Assembly (NCBI GenBank): GCA_037440825.1
Contig: JBBITJ010000008.1
Location: 15,601 to 32,669 of the forward strand
Source: Candidatus Micrarchaeota archaeon
GTDB taxonomy: Archaea; Micrarchaeota; Micrarchaeia; Anstonellales; Bilamarchaeaceae
DNA length: 17,069 nucleotides
Direction of reading: 5' to 3'
The notes under the pieces were generated by a model. It was given only the letters and a program-made list of their open reading frames with translations, ran no database searches and had not been told where the DNA came from. A program made the position numbers and the translations under genes. This document shows positions 6,837-14,861 of the stretch, piece by piece (position 1 is the stretch's first letter; each line of letters starts with the position of its first letter).

Positions 6837-7016
6837 ATGGCTGACATGGAATTCGATGGTATGGATGACCTGTCCGCGAACTCCGAGATACGCATCATCG
6901 CGTTGGAGCTCATGAAGCTCGCGTCGAAGAAGAGGAAAAGCTTCCAGCAGGTCGCAAAGGAATACATAAAGAACGTCTATTCGCTCAGGCAGATGCTGGA
7001 CCGCCAGAAGGAGTAG
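6837..7016 (+). CDS. Small hypothetical helical protein (59 aa), first gene of a probable operon with DUF2070 and tyrS
   Basis: ATG at 6837, about 24 nt after TTTAAA (6808-6813). The stop is 2 nt before the next ATG. Confidence 0.7.
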   Translation: MADMEFDGMDDLSANSEIRIIALELMKLASKKRKSFQQVAKEYIKNVYSLRQMLDRQKE

Positions 7017-7018
7017 CC

Positions 7019-8785
7019 ATGTCTAACATCAACAAGGCGGTCAGCCTCACAAACGCGTTCATCTCGCTTCCGAAGGCACCCTACATTCTTTCATTCATGA
7101 TCCTGATAGGGGTGCTGTTCGGGGTGCTCGGCTCCCTGGTTTCCGGCAGCGTCTCCCTGGAAAGCATATTCGAGGGCGCGCTGGAGGGGCTTTTCCTTCT
7201 TTCCATACCTGCAGTCCTGACATCCCTCCTCATCAAGCTCATGATACGGAAAATCCCGTTCAGGCGCATTCTCGCCGCTTCCGTAGTAGGGCAGATAATC
7301 TACGCAGTGGCTTACTTCACTTACCTCATGCTCCTCAACACTTCCTTCCAGTACAAGGAAGCGGTGATATTCTTCGCAGCCTCGCTCGCGTTCGCAATCT
7401 GGTTCGTTGTCGCGAGATTCGTCTTCATACTCAAGTGGCGCGCATTCCTCTTCGCTGCCCTGCAGGTGATAATCTATGGAGTGTTCCTGCTCACAGGAAG
7501 CATGATCGCGGTTTCAGGAGACCCGCTGGTGATAATCGCGAAATTCTTCATCGCCTCCGCCGTTTTCCTGGGCTTCGTCTACCTCTTCTTCATGATAATA
7601 AACGCGCCCATGAAGCGCAATTTCGGGCTCAACACGCTCGACGCGGTCTCCCTCTTCCTCTCGCACTGGTTCTACGAGTCCAAGAACATAGAGGACGAGT
7701 TAGAGCGCGTGGGCGAGGAGGTGGAAACCATAATCACCGCCTTCCTCTTCAGGAGGAAAAACGACACTGTCGCGTTCGTCACGCCCTACGTGCATTACGG
7801 GCCGTTCGGCTCGCTCGGAGGAAGCAATTACTCGTACCTCCTCGCCGAAGAGCTCAGGAAGAGGCACGCCATCGACGCGTTCGTGTTCCACGGCACCGTG
7901 ACGCACGACCTCAACCCGGTCGCGTCGAGCGAGCTCGATGAGGTGGTTGCGGCGTTCGACGCAGGGTACAGGAACTGCAAATTCTCCAAGTCCGGAGTGG
8001 CGCTCACGCGCGGATTCTCGAAAGAATGCTTCGCCGAATCGCTGGTGTTCAAGGGCGCTGCCTTCACCGGAATCTCGCGCGCCCCTGAAACCACGGAAGA
8101 CGTGAATTTCGGGCTCGGGCTCGCGATAATGGGCGAAGGCGAAAAATACGTCCCGATGGTCTCAGTGATAGACCAGCACAACGCTGAAACAGGGGACATA
8201 ACGAGCTTCGAGCCAGGAAGCGAAGTCGGCTTCAGCTACATGAACGCAGTAGGGGATTCCCTTTCGAAGAAATTCAAATCCGGCGACCTCAGGATAGGAG
8301 TCGCGCACAAGCAGGCGGAAATCCCGCAGATAGGGCTCGCAGGGATAAAGATAGCGATATTCTCTTCCAAGCCGCACTACGCGCTCATACTGATAGACTC
8401 GAACGGCGTGAAGCCGGAGATGAGGGAAAGGATAATCGAGGAAGCCAAGGCAGCCGGAAGGAAGAGGAAAATCGAGCTCGAGGTCGGCGTCTACACCACA
8501 GACACGCATTCGGTGAACGCGGTGAAAGGAGTGCTCAACCCCGTCGGCGAGGAATCCAGGATGATTTCCGCGGTGCGCGAAGGAATAGAAGAGGCGCTCG
8601 CGGACATGCAGCCAGCCTTATTCTCATCTTTCAAGAACCGCTTCAAGATACACGTATTGGGGGCGAAGCAGAGCATAGAAATAATCTCCACCGTGAACGC
8701 CATCGTGGCTGTTGCGAAGATAGCCGCGCCATTAATAATAATTGGGAGCATAATCTCCATACTCTGGATAATCTCCAAGATTTAG
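7019..8785 (+). CDS. DUF2070 family archaeal membrane protein
   Basis: 588 aa, with an N-terminal multi-TM region, a soluble domain containing VHYGPFG..GGS, HG...HDLNP, IDQHN, DSNG and TTDTH motifs, and a C-terminal TM helix. Confidence 0.85.
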   Translation: MSNINKAVSLTNAFISLPKAPYILSFMILIGVLFGVLGSLVSGSVSLESIFEGALEGLFLLSIPAVLTSLLIKLMIRKIPFRRILAASVVGQIIYAVAYFTYLMLLNTSFQYKEAVIFFAASLAFAIWFVVARFVFILKWRAFLFAALQVIIYGVFLLTGSMIAVSGDPLVIIAKFFIASAVFLGFVYLFFMIINAPMKRNFGLNTLDAVSLFLSHWFYESKNIEDELERVGEEVETIITAFLFRRKNDTVAFVTPYVHYGPFGSLGGSNYSYLLAEELRKRHAIDAFVFHGTVTHDLNPVASSELDEVVAAFDAGYRNCKFSKSGVALTRGFSKECFAESLVFKGAAFTGISRAPETTEDVNFGLGLAIMGEGEKYVPMVSVIDQHNAETGDITSFEPGSEVGFSYMNAVGDSLSKKFKSGDLRIGVAHKQAEIPQIGLAGIKIAIFSSKPHYALILIDSNGVKPEMRERIIEEAKAAGRKRKIELEVGVYTTDTHSVNAVKGVLNPVGEESRMISAVREGIEEALADMQPALFSSFKNRFKIHVLGAKQSIEIISTVNAIVAVAKIAAPLIIIGSIISILWIISKI

Positions 8786-8792
8786 TGATTCC

Positions 8793-9890
8793 ATGGACAT
8801 AGAGAGGAAGATAGATCTCGTCTGCAGGCCGCCCATAGAGGAAGTAATCACAAGAGAAGACCTCCGCGAGATTTTCCAGAACTATTCGCAGCCTAGGCAC
8901 TACATCGGATTTGAAATATCCGGGAAAGTGCACATAGGCAGCGGGCTCATGACAGCGCTGAAAATCCGCGACTTCATGGAAGCGGGAGTGAAGCCGAACA
9001 TCTGGCTCGCAGATTACCATGCGTGGATAAACGGAAAGCTCGGCGGGGACTTGGAGAAGATACAGGCAGTTGCTGAAGGATATTTCAAGCACGCATTCAT
9101 CTCCCTCGGGCTCACTGAGGACAAAGTCAATTACCTCCAAGCCAGCAAGGTCTATGACGACGAGTTCTGGAAGATGGTGCTGGACATAGGGCGCAATACG
9201 ACGATAAGCAGGATACTCAGGACAGTCACGATAATGGGAAGGAAGGAGACCGAGGCGACGAACGCCGCTTCAATATTCTACCCGGCGATGCAGGCAGCTG
9301 ACATAAAGAAACTGGATATTCAGATAGCGCACGCGGGAATGGACCAGAGGAAGGTGCACATGCTTGCGCGCGAAGTGTTTCCGAAAATAGGATACGGCAA
9401 ATTCGCGGCAGTGCATGGCCATCTTCTTCCAGGGTTGCAGAGTGCGGGAAGGATGGATGCTACGATAACTGCAGCTCCTGGTTCCGCAGACCACAAGGAG
9501 GAAATGCAGACCGACGCGAAGATGAGCAAATCAAAACCCTCTTCAGCGATATTCATACACGATTCCGAAGACGAGATAAAGTCGAAAATCTCAAAGGCGT
9601 TCTGCCCCGAAAAAATCGTGGAAGGGAATCCGATGATAGAATATGCGGAATACATCTGCATGCGTGACAAGCCCCTGAAAGTGGAGAGGCCTGCGAAATT
9701 CGGGGGGGATGTGGAGTTTGCGACTTCTGCTGAGCTGAAATCCGTTTACATGGAAGGCAAGCTCCACCCGATGGACCTCAAGAACGCGGTTGCGAAAGAG
9801 CTTATGGAGCTGCTCAAGCCTTCGCGGGATTATTTTGCGAAGCACCCGGAGTATATTGAACAAATAAATCAGGTTGCGATAACCCGCTAA
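8793..9890 (+). CDS. tyrS: Tyrosine--tRNA ligase (archaeal type)
   Basis: YIGFEISGKVHIGS (HIGH motif), ADYHA, YPAMQAADI, GMDQRKVH, KMSKS and LHPMDLK. Confidence 0.97.
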   Translation: MDIERKIDLVCRPPIEEVITREDLREIFQNYSQPRHYIGFEISGKVHIGSGLMTALKIRDFMEAGVKPNIWLADYHAWINGKLGGDLEKIQAVAEGYFKHAFISLGLTEDKVNYLQASKVYDDEFWKMVLDIGRNTTISRILRTVTIMGRKETEATNAASIFYPAMQAADIKKLDIQIAHAGMDQRKVHMLAREVFPKIGYGKFAAVHGHLLPGLQSAGRMDATITAAPGSADHKEEMQTDAKMSKSKPSSAIFIHDSEDEIKSKISKAFCPEKIVEGNPMIEYAEYICMRDKPLKVERPAKFGGDVEFATSAELKSVYMEGKLHPMDLKNAVAKELMELLKPSRDYFAKHPEYIEQINQVAITR

Positions 9891-10603
9891 ACCAATTTCG
9901 CGAACTCAGCAACAATCATGTTCACTTCCCTTTCCTTTTTCGCGACCATGCTGATCACTTCGGAATGCGAAAGCGGCTTTTTCGAAATTCCACAAGCGTA
10001 ATTGGTCCCTATGCACAATCCAACCATCGGAATCTCCAATTCGTGCAGAAGAGTTGCCTCATAAGCGTTCGTCATGCTAACCAGATTAGCACCCATCTTC
10101 TTGAGTGCATTAACTTCCGCCCTTGTCTCAAATCGGGGCCCAAACGTAGTAGCAACGATCCCGCCTTTCTTCACTTCAGCACCTGCATTCTTCGCAGCTG
10201 AAAAAAGCTTTTGCTGCATTCTTTTTGAATAAGGTTCTGAAAAATCCAAGTGCTTCATCCCTCCCGCGAAATCGTCGTAAAACGTCGCAAGGATATTCAA
10301 TCCCATGAAATCGTCGGCAACCACGAGGTCCCCCGGCCTGTATTTCGAAATTATTCCCACTGCATAAGTGGCTATCACTCCTTCTACCCCGACTTTCTCC
10401 AGCGCCCAAACATTGGCTTTGTAATTGACCTTGTGCGGAGGGTGTCTATGGTCTTTCCCGTGCCGAGGAACAAAAGCGCACTTCGTCCCAGAAATCTCCC
10501 CCATGTAAAGCTGCGCGAACCCATAGGGCGTGCTCACTTCCACTGGTTTTTCCTTGAATTTCCCTACGGAATAGATTCCGGTTCCTCCGATTATTCCAAG
10601 CAC
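9887..10603 (-). CDS. mtnP: MTAP/PNP-family purine nucleoside (methylthioadenosine/inosine) phosphorylase
   Basis: GIIGGTG, PRHG..H..PPH.VNYKAN, GPRFETRAE, GANLVSMT and TNYACG. GTG start with a GGTGG RBS. The exact substrate cannot be determined from sequence. Confidence 0.88.
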   Translation of the reverse strand: MLGIIGGTGIYSVGKFKEKPVEVSTPYGFAQLYMGEISGTKCAFVPRHGKDHRHPPHKVNYKANVWALEKVGVEGVIATYAVGIISKYRPGDLVVADDFMGLNILATFYDDFAGGMKHLDFSEPYSKRMQQKLFSAAKNAGAEVKKGGIVATTFGPRFETRAEVNALKKMGANLVSMTNAYEATLLHELEIPMVGLCIGTNYACGISKKPLSHSEVISMVAKKEREVNMIVAEFAKLV

Positions 10604-10611
10604 GCAACCAC

Positions 10612-11253
10612 CTATTTCAGTATCGTCCCAGTCTGCATGTACCAGAGGTAGAAATCCAGTTCCCCCAAACTCGGTTTCCAGTCTCCGGTCTCCAGTTTAG
10701 AACACAGCGTTCTGAGCTTTGCCTCGTTTTCCAAATAAACCTTCCTGTTGAGGGTTTTCGGCAGCGAATCCATCATTTTGTGCTTGTGCATTATCCTGAT
10801 TATATGGCGATCGAGGATTGCCACATCAAAAAATCCTAGGTTGCGCAGAAGGTGGCTTGCTTCCTTGAAGCCGAGCCCCTTCACATTTTCCACAAGCCAC
10901 TCCCGCCTCTCTTCGTCATCCTTCAATTCCAAAAGCGTCTTCTTCAATTTCCCGTAATGCCTTCTCGCTTCAACTATGTATTTGGCGCGCACGTTGTAGA
11001 ACCTGTAGCCGCGCGCCCTGAGGAAATGTGCGAGCTCCTTTTCCGGAAGCGTGCGGAACCCGCCCCCTATCTTTTCCTGTATTTCGATTCCCTTCGCGGC
11101 CCGCTCGTTCGCAGTCAGGAGGCAGAAGCACAATTCCGAAAAAATCCGCCCTTCTGATGAAAAGTTCGCGCCCAGCCCGCGCATGCGCGCATCAATCTGT
11201 TTCCTCACTTCGCTCTTGCGCAATTCGGAGATTGCCGAAACCAAATGCCGCAT
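10612..11253 (-). CDS. ogg: 8-oxoguanine DNA glycosylase/AP lyase (archaeal Ogg2 type)
   Basis: ELCFCLLTAN, GYRFYNVRAKYI, the HhH segment VKGLGFKEASHLLRNLG, AILDRH, and C-terminal LDFYLWYMQTGTILK. The likely start is ATG 11253. Confidence 0.92.
   Translation of the reverse strand: MRHLVSAISELRKSEVRKQIDARMRGLGANFSSEGRIFSELCFCLLTANERAAKGIEIQEKIGGGFRTLPEKELAHFLRARGYRFYNVRAKYIVEARRHYGKLKKTLLELKDDEERREWLVENVKGLGFKEASHLLRNLGFFDVAILDRHIIRIMHKHKMMDSLPKTLNRKVYLENEAKLRTLCSKLETGDWKPSLGELDFYLWYMQTGTILK
10674..10701. repeat. Heptamer array inside the ogg coding sequence
   Basis: GTTTCCA GTCTCCG GTCTCCA GTTTAGA on the + strand, encoding SKLETGDWK on the minus strand. Confidence 0.7.
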
Positions 11254-11345
11254 GCGGAGAGTTCTCGCATTAGTCTTATATTTTGCGCGGCAGAGAGAAT
11301 GTTTTTTTAAATTGTTGCAGCACAAATACAATTACGGTGGTCAGA

Positions 11346-11828
11346 ATGAACAAATGCTTATCCGCAGCTACGCGTATATCCAAAGACATCTACTATGGCT
11401 TGAAGGGAAACGGCTTCTTTGCGAAGAAGCCGGCGCCTGAGCCCTATTTCCTCAAAGCAGTGTTATGCGAGCCCTCCCCTCTATTCAGGCTCAAGACGAG
11501 CGCGCTCGAAAACAACAGCGAAATCGCGAAATGCGCGATAAGGCGGATGCTGAGGCATAAGGACTGGTTCCACAGGATGCAGGCAGCGAAGGCGCTCGGG
11601 GAGATAAAGGACCGCGGCGCGGTGGAACCGCTCTGCCTCGTGCTGCAGAAAGACCCATCCATCTCAGTGCGCGCAGAGGCTGCCGAAGCGCTGGGCGAGA
11701 TAGGCGATTACTCCGCCATGCCTGCGCTCAGGAAGGCGCGCCACGACGAGTTCAGCGTGAAGCTCGCTGCCAAGATAGCGATGATGAAAATCGCGCCCCT
11801 CGAGTTGGGTGACGCGCCCGGAAGATGA
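11346..11828 (+). CDS. HEAT/PBS-lyase repeat protein
   Basis: Repeats RMQAAKALGEIKDRGAVEPL and VRAEAAEALGEIGDYSAMPAL. GGTGG RBS at 11336-11340 and ATG at 11346. Confidence 0.85.
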   Translation: MNKCLSAATRISKDIYYGLKGNGFFAKKPAPEPYFLKAVLCEPSPLFRLKTSALENNSEIAKCAIRRMLRHKDWFHRMQAAKALGEIKDRGAVEPLCLVLQKDPSISVRAEAAEALGEIGDYSAMPALRKARHDEFSVKLAAKIAMMKIAPLELGDAPGR

Positions 11829-11846
11829 GAGCGGGCTCTCAATACG

Positions 11847-11854
11847 TTTTTAAA
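11847..11854 (+). promoter_or_regulatory. Candidate TATA box of the ribosomal protein operon
   Basis: TTTTTAAA about 235 nt upstream of the rpl3 ATG. It would place transcription start just before the structured leader. Confidence 0.55.
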
Positions 11855-11882
11855 CATTTCCCTATTAATTCCTAGTTACTCA

Positions 11883-12072
11883 TTATCTAAATCCAGTTTT
11901 GGATGCATGCGCCGAAATATGTGCATGTTCGAAATGCGGCATCCCATACGCGTTTCCGGTTCCGGGTTTTCGGTTTCGAAACCGAAGATGCGAAACGGGA
12001 AACTGAATTGGGCAATGCGACATACTAGAACAGTTAGATAAAGTTTAAGGGCAATGGATTACACCAACCCTT
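11883..12072 (+). ncRNA. Candidate structured 5' leader (r-leader-like cis-regulatory RNA) of the rpl3 operon
   Basis: P1 TTATCTAA(11883-11890)/TTAGATAA(12034-12041) encloses P2 ATCCA/TGGAT(11891-11904), P3 GCATGCGC/GTGCATGT(11905-11928) and P4 ATG..GCATCCCA(11934-11946)/TGGG..ATGC..CAT(12009-12023). A further hairpin AAGGG..TGG/CCA.CCCTT lies at 12047-12072. Folded by eye. Confidence 0.55.
11952..12003. repeat. Heptamer-repeat hairpin at the tip of leader stem P4
   Basis: GTTTCCG GTTCCGG GTTTTCG GTTTCGA aac CGAAGAT GCGAAAC GGGAAAC, with central palindrome TTCGGTTTCGAAACCGAA. Confidence 0.8.
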
Positions 12073-12088
12073 CACACAAAGTGATATC

Positions 12089-13030
12089 ATGGATTTGAGG
12101 AGGCCCAGGAGAGGTTCGCGAGGATTCAGGCCCAGGAAGAGGGCTGAGACCCAGGTAGTCGAGATGTTCTGGCCCGCGAGGACAGAGAGCAGGATACTCG
12201 GCTTCGCAGGCTACAAGGTCGGCATGACCACTGTCGCTTACATAGACCAGTCCGAGAGCCCGACGAAAGGGCAGGAGGTCGTGGGCGCAGGAACGGTCCT
12301 CGAAGCCCCCCCGATTTACGTTTACGGGATCCGCGGATACAAGAGCGGAAACATTTTGGGCGACATGCTCGTCTCTGACGAGGCGAAGCTCAAGGAGCTC
12401 GGGATGAAGAAGGCGAAGAAGCTTGAACTCAACGATTCAGAGGTTGATGACGTGAGGCTCCTCGTGTACACCCAGCCGGACAAGACGCTCATAGGAAAGA
12501 AGCACGTCGAGCGCTTCGAGCTCGGGCTCGGAGGCAAGGACGCGAAGGAGAAGCTCGCGCTCGCGAAAGGGTTCCTCGGAAAGGAGCTGCGCGCGAAAGA
12601 CGTGTTCAAGGCAGGCGAAGTCGTGGACGTGGTCGCAATCACGAAAGGAAAGGGCTGGCAGGGCGCAGTCAAGAGGTTCGGATCGAACCTCCAGCGCCCC
12701 AAGGCGACAGGAAAGCGCAGGCACGTCGGTACCCTGGGGCAGTGGCACCCGAGCTACGTGCTCTACACCGCCCCGCAGGCCGGGCAGACGGGCTACCACA
12801 AGCGCACAGAGCTCAACAAGTCCATACTCAAGATCTCCGAGAACATCGACGAGATAAACCCGAACGGCGGCTTCCCTCACTACGGATTCGTGAAGAACGA
12901 CTTCATAGTGGTGAAGGGCAGCGTGCCCGGGCCCACGAAGAGGCTGGTGAAGATGAGGGTTGCGGTGAGGGACAACGGACCCTACAAGGAAGCCAAGACC
13001 ACCTACATTTCCAACGAGCCGAAGCAGTGA
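12089..13030 (+). CDS. rpl3: 50S ribosomal protein L3 (uL3)
   Basis: PRRGSRGFRPRKRA, GFAGYKVGMT, TKGKGWQGAVKRFG, AGQTGYHKRTE and KGSVPGP. Confidence 0.98.
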   Translation: MDLRRPRRGSRGFRPRKRAETQVVEMFWPARTESRILGFAGYKVGMTTVAYIDQSESPTKGQEVVGAGTVLEAPPIYVYGIRGYKSGNILGDMLVSDEAKLKELGMKKAKKLELNDSEVDDVRLLVYTQPDKTLIGKKHVERFELGLGGKDAKEKLALAKGFLGKELRAKDVFKAGEVVDVVAITKGKGWQGAVKRFGSNLQRPKATGKRRHVGTLGQWHPSYVLYTAPQAGQTGYHKRTELNKSILKISENIDEINPNGGFPHYGFVKNDFIVVKGSVPGPTKRLVKMRVAVRDNGPYKEAKTTYISNEPKQ

Positions 13031-13035
13031 TCATT

Positions 13036-13824
13036 ATGAAATCAGAAGTATACTCTATCGATGGAAAAACCGGGAAGGTGATAGACCTGCCGGCGTGCTT
13101 TGACGACGCGGTGCGCGAGGACCTCATAAAGAGGGCGGTGCTCAGCGACGAGTCCAGGCTCTACCAGCCCAAGGGCGCGTTCCGCAGGGCAGGGCTCCAG
13201 ACTTCCGCGGTTTACGACGGAAGGAAGGACGATTTCGGTTCGCTGAAGAACAGGGGTGGCGCAAAGCTCCCGCGCGAAACGGGCGCGAAGGGCCAGCACG
13301 GAAAAGTGAAAAGGATTCCGAGCGCGGTCAAGGGAAGGCGCGCGCATCCTCCGAAGCCCGAGAAGGTGCTCGTAGAGGACATGAACGAGAAGGAGTACAA
13401 GAAGGCGCTCAGGTCTGCGATTTCCGCAACCCAGAACGCGAAACTCGCAACTCAGCGCGGCCACATATTTGATGCGAAGAAGCTCCCGCTTGTGGTTGAC
13501 AACGCTTTCGAAGGAGTGAAAAAGACCAAAGACGTTCTTGCGATTTTCGAAAAACTGGGGATTGCGAAGGACGTGGAGAAGGCAAAAGGCAAGTCCAAGC
13601 CCATCAGCGGAACCAGGCACACGAGGAGCGCGTCCAGGTACGTGCCCAAGTCCGTGCTCGTGGTCGTGAAGGACGGCGCGGTGCTCAAGGCAGCGCGCAA
13701 CCTCTCCGGCGTGGACGCGGTGAAGGTTTCGGAGCTCAAGGTAATGCACCTCGCTCCCGGGACGCACGCGGGAAGGCTAACTGTGTTTTCCGCGAACGCG
13801 ATAGAAGAGCTGAAGAAAATCTAA
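13036..13824 (+). CDS. rpl4: 50S ribosomal protein L4 (uL4)
   Basis: The true start is ATG 13036 (MKSEVY). Motifs VREDLIKRAV, GRRAHPPK, ARNLSGVD and LAPGTHAGRLTVF. Confidence 0.97.
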   Translation: MKSEVYSIDGKTGKVIDLPACFDDAVREDLIKRAVLSDESRLYQPKGAFRRAGLQTSAVYDGRKDDFGSLKNRGGAKLPRETGAKGQHGKVKRIPSAVKGRRAHPPKPEKVLVEDMNEKEYKKALRSAISATQNAKLATQRGHIFDAKKLPLVVDNAFEGVKKTKDVLAIFEKLGIAKDVEKAKGKSKPISGTRHTRSASRYVPKSVLVVVKDGAVLKAARNLSGVDAVKVSELKVMHLAPGTHAGRLTVFSANAIEELKKI

Positions 13825-13833
13825 GGTGAAAAT

Positions 13834-14082
13834 ATGTTCATAGTCGCACCGATAAGAACGGAAAAGGCAGTCGCAAAGATGGAATTCGACAACACGATGA
13901 CTTTCGAGGTCGTGGAGAAGGCGACCAAGAAGGACGTGAAGGTCGAAGTGGAGTCCATGTTCGGAGTGAAAGTGGATAGCGTGAGGATGAAGAACACTCC
14001 GAAAGGGAAGAAGCACGCCGTCGTGACGCTCGCGAAGGGCTCCAAGACCGACGACATAGCCGCGAAGCTCAAGCTCATATAA
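13834..14082 (+). CDS. rpl23: 50S ribosomal protein L23 (uL23)
   Basis: P..TEKA, N...FEV...ATK..VK..VE..FGVKV and KGKKHA.V.L. GGTGA RBS and operon position. Confidence 0.96.
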   Translation: MFIVAPIRTEKAVAKMEFDNTMTFEVVEKATKKDVKVEVESMFGVKVDSVRMKNTPKGKKHAVVTLAKGSKTDDIAAKLKLI

Positions 14083-14105
14083 TGAAATGAATCGATGGTG
14101 TTCAA

Positions 14106-14861
14106 ATGGGAAAACGACTGAAGCAACAGAGGCGCGGTGATGGAACCCCGGCGTACAAGGCGCCCACGACGCGCTACAAGGTGGACCTCCAGTACAGGCC
14201 TTACGACGACGAGGAGAAGGCGGGAGTGCTGAGGGGCCAGATACTCTCCTTCATAGACGACCCGGGAAGGGACGCGCTCGTGATGGAAGTGCTTTACGAC
14301 AACGGGGAGAAGGGCTACCTTCTCGCTCCGGAAGGCGCGATCATAGGCGAGTACGTGGAAGTCGGAGCCCAGGCGAAAGTGAACGTGGGCAACGTGCTTC
14401 CGCTTTACAGGATTCCGGACGGCGCTTACGTATTCAACGTGGAGAGGAGCCCGGGCGACGGAGGGAAGATGATGAAGGCTCCCGGCTCGTACGCAGTTAT
14501 CGTTTCGAGGGAGAAGGACGCCGTTTATGTAAAGCTCCCAAGCAAGCAGACATTGAGGCTTTCCGCGGACTGCAGGGCCCAGATAGGCATAGTCAGCGGA
14601 GGCGGAAGGCAGGACCAGCCGCTCCTCAAGGCAGGCAATGCGTTCTACAAGTACAAGCAGGCGAGAAACCGCATGTGGCCGCACAACAGGGGAGTCAAGA
14701 TGAGCGTTTACAACCACCCGCACGGAGGCAAGCAGCACCACGAAGGAAAGCCGACCACCGTCGCGAGGGGCACACCACCCGGAAGGAAGGTCGGGCACAT
14801 AGCCGCCCGTTCGATTGGAAGGAAGAAGGCAATAAGGACTACTGAAGAGGGATCGCAATGA
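14106..14861 (+). CDS. rpl2: 50S ribosomal protein L2 (uL2)
   Basis: MGKRLKQQRRG, DPGR, PGDGGK, WP..RGV.M...HPHGG and PPGRKVG.IAAR. Confidence 0.98.
   Translation: MGKRLKQQRRGDGTPAYKAPTTRYKVDLQYRPYDDEEKAGVLRGQILSFIDDPGRDALVMEVLYDNGEKGYLLAPEGAIIGEYVEVGAQAKVNVGNVLPLYRIPDGAYVFNVERSPGDGGKMMKAPGSYAVIVSREKDAVYVKLPSKQTLRLSADCRAQIGIVSGGGRQDQPLLKAGNAFYKYKQARNRMWPHNRGVKMSVYNHPHGGKQHHEGKPTTVARGTPPGRKVGHIAARSIGRKKAIRTTEEGSQ

Noticed and set aside
9445..9520. Insertion before KMSKS in TyrRS
   Set aside because: A variable-length segment here is common in one subgroup of archaeal TyrRS, and it shows no heptamer periodicity or intein motifs.
9887..11340. Somewhat lower GC in mtnP/ogg suggesting horizontal transfer
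   Set aside because: The difference is modest by eye, the genes are ordinary archaeal housekeeping types, and the contrast is mostly with highly expressed ribosomal genes.
11254..11345. Upstream extensions of the ogg (to 11331) and HEAT (from 11283) ORFs
   Set aside because: They overlap each other across an AT-rich divergent promoter region. Better starts are 11253 and 11346.
11826..11841. Inverted repeat TGAGAGC-GG-GCTCTCA at the HEAT gene stop
   Set aside because: It is short and could be a terminator, an operator or chance. Nothing in the sequence discriminates between these.
11952..12003. GTTTC...GAAAC ends resembling CRISPR repeat termini (also at 1510-1570 and 6755-6771)
   Set aside because: There are no identical 24-48 nt repeats with regular spacers and no cas genes. 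The pattern is a 7-nt period with inversion.
11883..12072. Possible 5S rRNA, SRP RNA, RNase P RNA or hammerhead ribozyme
   Set aside because: I could not find their conserved motifs (for example the hammerhead CUGANGA core or the RNase P GAGGAAAGUCC) on either strand.
12742..13035. N-terminal extension of L4 in the 360-aa ORF call
   Set aside because: It overlaps rpl3 out of frame. L4 similarity starts at ATG 13036, after the rpl3 stop.
13821..14858. Long antisense ORFs over the ribosomal operon (345, 241, 239, 295, 242 aa) and other shadow ORFs
   Set aside because: They are explained by the GC-rich codon bias of the sense genes, and they have no motifs or expression signals.
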